From assembly GCA_047967505.1 (NCBI GenBank), contig CM106538.1: DNA of 64,000 nucleotides; one strand, given 5' to 3'. The stretch is from Dipteris shenzhenensis (taxonomy: Eukaryota). Both the position numbers and the translations under genes were made by a program. The notes beneath the pieces were generated by a model that saw only the letters and a program-made list of their open reading frames with translations, did not search any database and was not told where the DNA came from. Of the stretch, positions 1 through 11,278 are shown piece by piece. Position 1 is the stretch's first letter; each line of letters opens with the position of its first letter.

Positions 1-3000
1 CCTCACTTGGTGATAGCCACTCTTTAAGTCTATCCTGCTGAAAACTGAAGCTCCATTTAACTGATCCAGGACATCATCAATGCACGGAATAGGGAATCTA
101 TTCTTGATGGTCATTTTGTTCAGTGCACGATAATCGACGCACATACGGAATGAACCATCTTTCTTCTGTACTAACAGTACAGGGGAACAAAAAGGAGACG
201 AGCTGGGCTGAATCAACCCTTTAGACAGCAAGTCCTGTACCTGAGCCATAATCTCCTCTCTCTGAGTCGCACTGACTCTATAAGGTGGTCTGTTTGGTGG
301 CTCACTACTAGGCATTAACTCTATCTGATGATCTTCTGGTCTCTCTGGGGGTAACTCCCCTGGCAAAGTATCAGAAAAGCAATCTTTAAAGTTTATAAGA
401 AACTGAAACTTATCTTTGTCTGCATCATTCATTTCAGCATGCATATCATTCTCTTTTTCTTTTACAAAAACCATGTACGCAGAAATTGCAGACTTTATTG
501 CTTTACCACATGTAACATCAGATACAATGGGGATAGTCTCCCCTTTATTCCTGGCAATTGAACGCTGATTTTTCCCCCTATGCACAAACTCCAGTACTCT
601 TTCAGGAAGAGTCAACTTCACTGCCTTGCGATGAAACCAAGGCATTCCCAAGACTACATCATGATGTTTCAGTGGAGAAATGAAGAAGTCTTCCTGATCC
701 ACATAACTCTGAACATGAAGACGGAGCTTCCCTATCAAGGGAGTAACTGGCACAGGATTCCCACAGAACATCTGATCGGCATCCAAAGCCCTGCCTAACT
801 CCTCTGTCTTTATTCCCAGCCTCAGGGCTAGATCCTCTGATATAAAATTATCAGTAGCCCCTGGATCAAATAAAATTAGCGCTTGCTGGTCTCTAACTTT
901 GCCCCATGATAGCAGTAATTCTCGTTCTTTTGGGTTTGAAGCATGACCCAGTATGTCAGGAATTCCCCCCGCCATTGGCTTTTGCGGTCCTCGTGGCTTC
1001 TCTGCCTCTTTTCCCTTCGAAGTTGAAGACTTTTCTGGGCACTGGGCAGCCACATGCCCCTCTTTGCCGTACCTGAAGCATTTCCCATCTCTACGGAATT
1101 CCGCTATCTGTTCAGGGGTGAATAGAGATTTGCCCTTATAAGTCTTTGAAAACTGAGTACCCCTCGGCTTTTGAGGCTGAAACCCTTTCTTTTCAGCCTT
1201 GGGGTGCTCTTTCTTTTTTGATTTTGAAAAATCAGTTTTCTTTTTATCAGCACGTCCTGCATGCAAAGACAGCACTGTAGATGGATCTTGTAACGGCACA
1301 AGGCTAGCTACTGAAGCTGAATGCATAAGGTCTTGAATGTTCTTTGCCCCCAAAGCATTCACTACTGCCTGAATTTTTGGAGTGAGACCTGCTCTGTACT
1401 TTCTCATTTGGGTGTCTTTGGAGATCTTTTTGAAAGGTGCAACCTGCAAATAAGCATCCCAAAACTTTTGGTTGTACACATCCACTGTATCTCCTACATC
1501 CATATGCAAGCTGTCCCAATCTTGAAGAACATGGTCTCTAAACTGTTTAGGCATAAACTGCTGGTAGAAGGCTTTCTTAAAGTCCTTCCACTTCCTTGGG
1601 GCTGACCCATCTGTGGTCTGTGCACTCCACCATGCACTAGCTGTGGCTGTCAAGTGCAAACTGACCATTCTTAACTTGGAGGATTCTGAAAATTTTTCTG
1701 TACCGAATGCAGCATCAAACTGCCTGATGAACTGCAATGCTTTGTCTGTATGACCATACTATCCATTGTAGGTCATAAACTTGACAGATTTTCCTCCCTC
1801 TTTAAATTCCTTGGTCTCTTTGGAAGACTTTGTCTTCCTAGACTTCTTGTGTTTTCTTCTTTTCCTGGATGGTTTATCTGATAAGGAAGAAGAAGATACA
1901 GAAATCGAACTCGAGGTAGACGGTGATGGACTAGGAGATCGATGATGATGCCTCGATCTTTTTTTGCTATGGGACCGTCCCCTATGAGATCTCTCTTTCT
2001 CAGGCTGTACACAAGAGTGTGCCTCTGGCATTGGCACGTCATATATTGCATTAGGCATAGCTTCTGCTTGAAACAAATGCTGAACCCTTGGATCCCTTTT
2101 GAGATTTTCCATCTCTTGTATACGAGTGCGTACCATCTGTTCAAATTCTTGTTGAGTTTGCGGCACACTTCTCTGTCTTGGATGTACATCCCTATCTTGT
2201 GAATCCCACTGGATGGGTGATTGATCCATATTCTGAGATCTCAACAAGAGGTGTTTTGCATTCACAATCTATGCCAGTACTGGCTATCAATTCAAGGCAT
2301 AAACCCACACAGTTGCCAAAGCATCAACAACTATATTGCCCTTTTTTGGCTGCTGCAGATGGCTTCAAAAGGCATCTGTTTTTCCCTCTTTTCACTGCTC
2401 AAAGGCATGCATACTCTTTTTCTGCAATTTTAATTTCTCTGTTTTTCTCTGCTTTTCTGCTGCTTTTCTGACGGTAGAAGTCTGACAGACAGGTGAAATC
2501 TGCTAGCAGAAACAGTCTCTGCAACTGTTCTTCTTTTTTTTTTTTGGAAAAGAATAGTAACCAGATGGAGTAACTGGCTAGTTACTCTAACCAGACTGAC
2601 TGGTTCTGGTCTGGTTAGTCTGCAACTAGACTAACTGGACTAGTTACAGTCTGGTTACAATGACCAAACTAGTCTGGTTGGGTGAAGCTAACTAGACCTC
2701 TGACCAGGGTTAACTAGCCAGAGTTAAACTTAACCACTGGTTAGCCACATCAGCCTGCCACGTGTCTTGCCACGTCATCTGCTGAGCTGGCTGCCACATA
2801 TACTGCCACGTCAGCACCTGCACGTGCATGCCACCTGGCTACCACGTCATCCCGCACGTGTGATCGCCACGTCACTTATGTGCCACGAGTCTGCTGACCT
2901 GTCAATACTACCCCTGCCACGTGTGCGTCATATCAGCAAAGATGACATCAGTGCTCCACGTCAGCATCAACGCAAAGCCCCTGCAAACTTTCACCACCAT

Positions 3001-3500
3001 GGCACCGCGCGTGAAGAACAAGCGTCGTCGTGAAGAATCCTGTCAGCGCTCAACGTAACCGGCCCATCTATTCTCCGTCAGTTCACACATAGACGAGTTC
3101 TAGCTGTAGGAGCTTTCGCATCATGACGCGCTGTGTAGCAGAAGCTTTATGGAGCCTGCGTTGTCCGTCAATTGCCTTAGTCAAAGATTACACTCAGAGC
3201 CCGTGCGCTCCCTCAAAGTCTATGCCTATGTGAACCTTCTCCATAGCTTCGACTATACACCCCCGTCAGGTCAGCTATTACCCAGGCATACCCATGCAAG
3301 AATCAAGAGCAAAGAGCACTTCCACAACTACCTTCGTCAACGTCCCGTCAGGACTCAGGGCCCCCGTTAGCTTTTGTTCATAGGCAAAATAACGCCGCCG
3401 TTGCGCACAGCAAACTCTCCCCTTCCTTGCACATCCTTGCCTAAGCTACTGCTTGGATCGTCAAAGGCTTGAGAAAGCCTTTAATCCTGCTCTGATACCA
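1..3500 (-). mobile_element. Ty3/Gypsy LTR retrotransposon internal region (degenerate gag, zinc knuckle, protease, RT N-terminus; continues out of the window)
   Basis: Minus-strand translation gives a Gag-like ORF (1759-2265) and a CCHC knuckle near 1040-1100. RT motifs near 1-300 include [38 protein letters not shown] and DLKSGYHQ. Stops and frameshifts are present. Confidence 0.9.
3489..3500 (-). promoter_or_regulatory. Primer-binding site for initiator tRNA-Met
   Basis: Reverse complement reads TGGTATCAGAGC, between the LTR and the gag leader. Confidence 0.9.
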
Positions 3501-3857
3501 ATAAAACCGACTCGCTCATAAAAGACAGCAATTATAGCTCATAAAAGACGGTAATTATACTTTCATAAGCTCTCCCTCACTCCCTCTCTCTGTAGATGCA
3601 CTAGGGCCCAGCACAAAACGTCGGGCTGGACCCCCCCGAAGGTTTTTATTCATGAGAGAGAATCTGTTACAAAAGTTCAACGTAGAGCTGTCTGGTAACC
3701 TCTTTTTTAAAACGTGAAAAATCTCCTTTATTACAAGAGCTTCAAGCTCATTTCAAATTGGCAACATGCCACTTGTCTAAAATCTAGACTAAGGTGTTCA
3801 TTTCGAATCAAGGCTAGTGAAAGAAATAAGAAACATATCGATAGGTGATATCTGGCG

Positions 3858-4490
3858 AGCTGCTGCTCCTCCCCGTTCCCCTGCTGCTCCCCCTCCCTCA
3901 GCCCGTCTCTCTCCCCCCTCAGCCTGTCCCTCGCCCCTCCCTGCTGCTCCCCCCCCTCCCCCCCTGCTGCTCCGCCCCCTCCCCCTGCCTGTCCCTCGCT
4001 CCCTCCCTCTGCCCTTCCGCCCCCTCTCCCTGCTTCCGCCCCCTCCCCCCTGCTGCTCCGCCCCCTCTCCCTGCCTCCGCCCCCTCCCCCCTGCTGCTTC
4101 CCCCCTCCCCCCTGCCTCCGCCCCTTCCCCCCTGCTGCTCCGCTCCCTCTCCCTGCCTCCGCCCCCTCCCCCCTGCTGCTCCCCCCCTCCCCCCTGCCTC
4201 CGCCCCTTCCCCCCTGCTGCTCCGCTCCCTCTCCCTGCCTCCGCCCCCTCCCCCTTGCTGTCCCGCCCCCTCCCTTGCTTGCCCCTTGCCTCCCCCCTGC
4301 TGTCCCGCCCCCTCCCTGCTTGCTCTCCCGCCCCCTCTCTTCCTCTCACTCCTCCCTTTCTTCTCCTCTCCTTTCCCCTCCCTCCCTCTCAGCTTTCCCC
4401 TCTCCCCTCTCAGCCCCAGCCCCTCTCCTCCTTCCCTCCCCTTCCCCCCTGCTTCCTCCTAGCCTCCTTTCCCCTCCCTTGCCCCCCGCA
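3858..4490 (+). repeat. C-rich degenerate tandem repeat (CCCCCTCCCCCTGCTGCTCCG-like) in the L1 5' UTR
   Basis: Directly visible; it explains the spurious Pro-rich and Gly-rich ORFs. Confidence 0.9.
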
Positions 4491-4552
4491 GCTTTTTTGG
4501 AATGGAAGGAGCTTTCATTCTGTTCGAGTCGGCCTCCTCACCTTGATTGGCG

Positions 4553-6105
4553 ATGGATACCCCGTCAGCCAATCCTACTCCATCTCCACCAGCCGCGAAA
4601 ACTCTCACTTTCTCTAAAGACGAGTTGCAGCAGCTCAAGAAGGATGTAGAGATTGAGTGCTCTACCACATTGCTAGCACGCATCTTCGAGTCTCACCCTT
4701 CCAGATCCCAAGCCAGAGACTGGATGCTTGCGGCTCTCCCCCCAGACCTCGCTCCTCGATTGGTAGATGTTCGCCTTCTGGGACGAGGTTTTTTCCAGGT
4801 TGTTTTTGACACTCCAGAGGCTGCGAGCACTGTGATCAAGGCCGAGTTTTTACACCTGGGACACAGGAAGATCTTCTTTGAAGCCTTTCACCTTGGTTTC
4901 GACCTAGTAGAGGCAGATAAGAAAATCTTCTCGCTCTTCATCAGGTTCCCTGGGCTTCCCCAGGTTTACCATCGACTTCTTTCTTCTATTGGGGAGCATT
5001 TTGGCGCAGTTGCTGAGATCCCACCCCTCCCTGGGTTGCCATTGACTGCAGCAGAGGCAACCAAGGCTGATGGGGTTCCTAGAGTTAGGGTCCTTTGCAA
5101 GGATCCTAACCTCGAGATGGACCACGTCATGATCCAGCGCCCGGATGGTTCCTTTTTTCGCCAGAGAGTGGAGATTTCAGGCAGGCAGGACCAGTGCAGG
5201 ATTTGCAGAACCTCGGGACACTTTGCCAGGGATTGTCCCAGGAAGAAGAAAAGGCCTAAGAAGCCCTCTGGTACAGCTACCGCCTCAGGGCATCGACAGG
5301 GGGGACAGGGGGGGGATTAGACCTGGCACTTGCCCCTCGACCTCGACAGAGGGGTGGTACAGGTCCAGCTCCTGCTCCTCGTTCTTCACGTGGTGGTCCT
5401 GCTCAGTCAGGTGGTGGTACAGGTCCAATACCTATTCCTCGGCCTCGTCAGGGGGGTGGTACAGGTCCTTCACCTGCTCCTCGATCCCCACCTCCCTCAG
5501 GCACACGCGACGCTTTACAGTGGGTTCCAGTACGTGTGCAGGTCCCTCCTTCAGTTCACGAGGGTACCTTAGTAGACTCTACTTCACCTCGAGCTGTCCT
5601 TCCTGTCTCACCTTGCACAGTCCGAGACGTTGAAGCTTCGACCTCCTCCCCAGTTGCAGCTTCTTCCTTAGATCCAGCACTGCCAGATGTTCCTCTTGAG
5701 AACGGAGAGATCTCCGCGGCTGGGCAGACACCGGGTAGAGAGCATTCCTCACTCCCTCCCTTGGATAGGGGGAAGGGGATAGCTTACACTGTTGATCCTC
5801 TTCCCTCACAAGGGATCCTTCGTACTCCGGTGTCTGGATTGCTCCACAGGAACTCGTTTTCAGCCTTGGCAGAGAGTTCAGATTTCCCAGAGGAGGAGTT
5901 TGTGCCCGCTACTTTTGGGGAGCCAGTGGTTGGATTTCCTATTGACAGGGCTTCTTCTTCAGGTGCCAGGATTCTTTCCCCTATTGACTTTCCTCCACTG
6001 GGTTCCTTCCCTCCTTCCTCGAGCAGGAGGTTTTCCCCTGTTGAGGGGTTTGTTTCCGCCACTAGGTCGGGTAAGGTGTTCCACTCTACATCCTCCCGTC
6101 GATGA
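4553..6105 (+). pseudogene. L1 ORF1 (plant DUF4283-like N-terminus, CCHC knuckle, low-complexity tail) with one frameshift
   Basis: LGRGFFQVVF motif and CRICRTSGHFARDC knuckle. The frame changes at the G-run 5308-5315 and stays open to TGA at 6103-6105. Confidence 0.85.
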
Positions 6106-9100
6106 GGATTATCAGTTGGAACATACAGGGCCTAGGTGGCGTCCCACATCGCCGCCGTAGACAGCTGATCCGGGATCAACTTCATCCAGGTGTTACTGGG
6201 GGTCCCATTGATATATTATTTATTCAAGAGCACAAGCTGGATTATAGAGATTGTGCCAAGTCAGGCAAGTTGCTTTCAGGACATACTTTTTGGTCGCCTG
6301 CATTGGGCACTAGGGGAGGCACTTCTATTTCAGTTTCGCAGTCGGTTCTCCCCTTAGTTGTTAGGCACGGAGTCATTATCCCCTCTAGAGCTCAGTGGAT
6401 TATTCTTTTGATTGGAGGGCGTAAGGTTGGCTTCCTCAACCTATATGCCTCCAACATTAGAGGGGAACGTGTCCTTATGTGGAAGACTTTGCTCTCCTGG
6501 GCCCCCATTGTGGATTCTTGGGTGATTGGAGGTGACTTTAACATGGTCGAGTTACCTTCAGACAAAAAAGGGGGTAGAGAAGGCGGACTTCACTCTTTGG
6601 AGAGAGCAGCTTGAGATGCCTTCCTTTTCCATTTCTGTGGCAGAGATACTTGGTGTGATGATGCCTTTCTTATTCAACCACAGTCCCTCCTGTTCTCTTG
6701 GTCGAATAGGAGGCAACAGATGCCTATTCATGCACGCATTGACAGATTTTATGTAGATGACTGGGCACTAGACAGAGGTGGATCGGTATGCATTGCTGCG
6801 GGGGTTTCCACCTCAGACCATTTCCCTGTTGTTCTGGCTATCTCAGAGCCTCACTTGAGAGGCCGATCTGCCAGCATCAGGATTCCAGATGCCTTTTACA
6901 CAGAGGAGGACCTTACAGAGGCAGCCCTACGGATATGGTTTGCTCATGTCCAGGGAGGGCAGCCACATCCTTCACATTTAGCAGCTGCCCTCTCTGGTAT
7001 TAGCGACTTTTATTGCTCAGTTGCTTCTACCAGGAGACGAGATATTCTCAGACGTGAGATTGGTGTTCGCCAGCAGTAAGCAGCTTTGCAGAGGGAAGAG
7101 CAGAAACGGCCTTCAGATGCTTGGATTCAGGAGCGCCTTGCTGCAGCGAGGGCTCATCTTTTTCTGCAGTTATTGCTTGATCAGAGTGCTTGATCAGAGA
7201 GCAGAGTATGCCTTTCATGCACGGGAGTCCTTCTGGATTCAGATGGGTAGTAGAGTCAATAAACACTTTTTCTCTACTCTTGGCCCTAGACATAGTAGAG
7301 AGAGTGTATCTCAGCTTATTGACTCACATGGGGTTTTACAGACAGAGCCAGATGACGTCTTACGCATAGCTTCAGATTTCTATGCCACCCTCCTTACTGC
7401 TGATGATCCTGAGACACACGATATAGAGGATGCTAGACATGCCATTTGGCAGAGTATCCCAGTGTTGGTGAATCCGGATATGCATGTTCTACTTGACGCA
7501 CCTTTCACCAACACAGAGTTCAGGACTGCACTTTCAGCCCTTCACAAGGGCAAGTGCCCAGGTTTAGATGGCCTCACCCCGTCTTTTTTCATTGCATTTT
7601 GGGATATGATTGGAGACTATATTACTTCAGCCATGCAGGCCATTTGGGACTCTGGCGAGATGCCTGAATCGCTTACAGAGGGCCTCATCCACCTTATCCC
7701 AAAAGGAGGTAGCAGAAATTTATTGTCCCAGTGGAGGCCTATCACACTTCTGGGGACTTGTTACAAGATTCTGGCCAAGGCTATCAGCCTCTGATTGCAG
7801 CCACTTCTCCCTGATCTTATTCATGACACTCAGACGGGATTTGTGCATGGCATAAGTATTTTTGATAACATTTTTTCTTTCTGGGAAGCTTCAGAGTGGG
7901 CCATGCAGAGTGGCCAGAATCTTGCCATTCTACTGTTGGATTTTGAAAAAGCTTATGACAGAGTAGATTGGAGTTTTTTGGAGGGCACCCTTCTACGCTT
8001 TGGATTCACTGATGTTTGGATCAAAGGTGTTTCCTCTTTGTACATATCAGCCCATAGCCAGGTACTTATTGGTGGGGTAAGGGGTGAGAGATTTCAGATT
8101 TCGAGATCAGTCCGTCAGGGATGCCCCCTTGCTCCTTTCCTTTTTTTATTCGTGGCCGAAGCTATGAGCATCTATGTTAGATCTCAAGCTGACATCTTTA
8201 GGCTGAGACTTCCTATCAGAAGAGAAGAGGAGCTGCTTGACAGTGAGTTGGCTGATGACACAGCAATTTATTTGGATGCCTCTCCACAGACATTGACTTC
8301 TTTCAGGACAGCATTGGATTTATTTTGCTTGGCGGCAGGGGCGCAGATAAATTGGCATAAATCCAATGGCTTTTGGATCAGTGATGAGGACACTCCAGTT
8401 TGGGGGCTTGACATAGGGTTCACTTGGGTTCAGAGGGGTGTGCCTATCAGGTATTTGGGCTGCCAGGTCGGCTTGGGTATTTCTACCACGCAGCAGTTTG
8501 CTCCCGTGTTGGAGAGCATCAGAAGGAAGCTTCTCTTTTGGAGCTCAGCCAAGCTGGATCTTGCCTCTAGAGTTGTGGTGGTCAACCAGGTCCTCTTGGC
8601 CACGGCCTGGTTTATTTGTTCATGTTGGTGCCGTTCTAGGGACTGCATCATTCAGCTCAGAAGACCGATCAGGAACTTTCTCTGGAGTGGGCTTGATGGC
8701 ACAGCAGATGCCTTAGCCAGAGTGGCTTGGGAGACCCTCATCCTCCCTACACAGGATGGGGGTCTCAATATTATTGATCCAGATTTACAGTGCAGAGCCT
8801 TACTTTGCAAGATAGTGGTGCGAGGAATTATGCCAGGACAGGAACCGTGGAAGGACTTTCTTATCAGCAGCATACAGAGGTGCACACCTTCCTCAGGAGG
8901 AGACTAGATGAGCAGTGTTAGATGGATCTTCACCTCAGCACACCTCAGATCACCTTCATCCCCTCTCATGGTAGCCATTCTGAAAGCTTGGGCTAGTTTC
9001 AGAAGCTCTCTTCGGAGGATTCCTCCTTCCTCCCGGGAAGAGATTGATAGGCAGCCCATCATGTGGAACGACAGTATTTTAGATGATCGTGGCAGACCAC

Positions 9101-10470
9101 TGGGTGCCTCACTCTACATGCAGTGGGCCAGGTGGGAGAGGGGACCTGCTTCTTCTTTGGGATCTTGGAAAGCTTTCCGTAGGCTTCCAGAGGAAACCAA
9201 GTCAAGGTTGACAGGACATCTCAGAGGGAGTGCAGGGAGGATCTTGCAGATTGAGATAGCCCTTCCAGAGGCTTGGATAGACACAGATGATATGCCTCTC
9301 ACTTCCTCCACTTGGGCAGGTACTTTCTTGAGAGGTGGGGTTCCACTTCAGGTCTTAGCCTTCCGAGATGCACAGGAGGATGCTTTGGTTTTCAGTGTCC
9401 AGGATGGTGGCAGATTGCTCAGATCTACAGATGATATATTGCTTGAGTCTGCTTTTCAGCCTATCAGGGTCGTAGGCCTTTTGATGCAGGGATCAGATTC
9501 AGAGTGGTTCTTAGACCCTGACCCCCAGTTACTCTCCACCGGGTCTTGGAGACTTTGGCTCTATGGAGGAGTTCCCATCAGGTATTTACAGTGGAACCCC
9601 GGAGAGTGGGAGTGGATTGACGCGGGGCATCGAGAGAAGACCATCCCCTTCTTTCGTTACACGGTCAGTAATGCCAAGAGATTTCAGCTCAGTAGTAGAG
9701 GCTGGAGACCCTCCAGAGTTCCTCATTGGGAGACTTTTGGTATTACTGCGGATCAACAGAGGTACTTCTGGAGGAGGCTCTGGAAATCCCACAGGAATAG
9801 AAAGATCACCATCTTCTTTTGGCTTTCTATTCATGGAGGGATTGCAGTGAACCTTTGGAGGTCCAGGTTCGGAGCCGACCCTACTTGCCCTTGTTGCCTT
9901 TCTGCTTCGGAGTCTTTTCAGCATTGCTTATGGGATTGCAGACAGGCGAGATTGATTTGGATGGGGATAGCCACGACCTTCAGTCACTTTGCCCATTCCC
10001 CACTCTTTATGACTTGGGGCTCGGTGGCTTGGCTTTCTCTTACAAGACCTCAGGTTTTCTATGAGGGACTTGACTCCTCTCGGGCCATTTCGGTTCGACG
10101 TCATCGGGTTGAGTTCTGCTCGTTGGATGTGGTTCCACACCGTCCTTTTACAGCTGTACATGCCTCTGTGGATACTTCTTGGGAGATTATAGTGAGCATA
10201 GCAGCCTGGCATATCTGGAGAGCCAGATGCATAGAGGCTATGGAGGGTACTCAGGTTCATCCCTCGCACACATTGGCTAGTATCTGGACAGACATCGTAC
10301 ACACTCTGATGGCCGTATGGACGGGTATGCAGGGGGACTCCCGTGCAGCCTCAGCTAGGAGGGCTTCTTTCTTCAAAGAATGGAAGGATTCTCCTTTCTT
10401 CTCTGAATCTACTACAGGGTTGAGATGGCACTTTCAGCCTCAGCCTTGGTTTCTTTCCACCTCACTCTAA
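6102..10470 (+). pseudogene. L1 ORF2: APE endonuclease, reverse transcriptase and C-terminal zinc finger, with premature stops
   Basis: Motifs SWNIQG, FIQEH, GGDFN, SDH; WRPITLL, QTGF, DFEKAYD, VRQGCPLAP, LADD, YLG; CPCC...HCLWDC. Stops at 6612, 7077, 7792 and 8905, with a frameshift near 7080-7180. Confidence 0.95.
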
Positions 10471-11278
10471 GGGGTTTTTTATTATCCTCATGATTTCATG
10501 ATGTATTCCGCTTTGAGCTTGCTCTCGCGGGTTTTTGTTCTTACTTAATAGAAGTCTTTTTCATGAAAAAAAAAAAAAAATCTAGACTAAGTCCTATTAC
10601 ATGCTACTAAGGGCCATTCTGGAGTCTTCAAAGCACTTGGTCACACGAACCGCCGCCTAGATGCTTGTCAGGCTCCCGTAGCGCTTAGGAAAAATAATTC
10701 TTCCTAGTACCTGCAACAATTAATTAAAGCGCACCACCATGGCACCCATTAATTGTTAGCGCTTTGCATGCAAATAACACACTGTGGACTAATTCTAGTC
10801 ACGGTGGGCGTCCCCACTGAACACATGTGCACATCTAACAAATATAAAAAATATATATATTTATTCTCTGGTTGACCAGAGTCAACAGTCTTGATTATAA
10901 TTAAGGAGCTTTGACCAAAGGTCGAGGCGCCTTAATTATAGCCAAGTCTCTCCAACCGAAGTTGGCACAACTCTCCAACCGAAGTTGGCACATCTTGGTT
11001 AACCGGAGTTAACCCTCTTGGCGTATGCCAAGTCTTGTTGACCGAAGTCAACACTCTCTGACCGTAGTCAGTTCTGTGGTTCTCTGGTTAACCGCAGTTA
11101 ACCCTCTTGGTAATAAACCAAGTCTCCTTGACCGAAGTCAGGTTTACTTGCAAGTATCTTTGACCGTAGTCAATCCTTTGACCATTAAAATAACTCTTTG
11201 ACCATAATTAACACATATAAAACTCTTTAATTATGATCAAATAAATGGTCAACTGTACTTTGACTTAGGATATTTACA

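Larger units (their letters stand above)
3794..10576 (+). mobile_element. Apparently full-length L1-clade LINE with poly(A) tail and TSD
   Basis: TSD AAAATCTAGACTAAG at 3779-3793 and 10577-10591. A-run at 10566-10580. C-rich 5' UTR followed by ORF1 and ORF2. Confidence 0.95.
3501..11278 (-). repeat. 5' LTR of the Gypsy element (about 1 kb: 3501-3793 plus 10592-11278), split by the L1 insertion
   Basis: Minus strand starts TGTAAATATCC at 11278 and ends beside the PBS. The two parts rejoin across the L1 TSD. Confidence 0.7.

Noticed and set aside
3798-4649. Long Pro-rich (extensin-like) and Gly-rich ORFs
   Set aside because: They are artefacts of the C-rich L1 5' UTR repeat, which is open in several frames.
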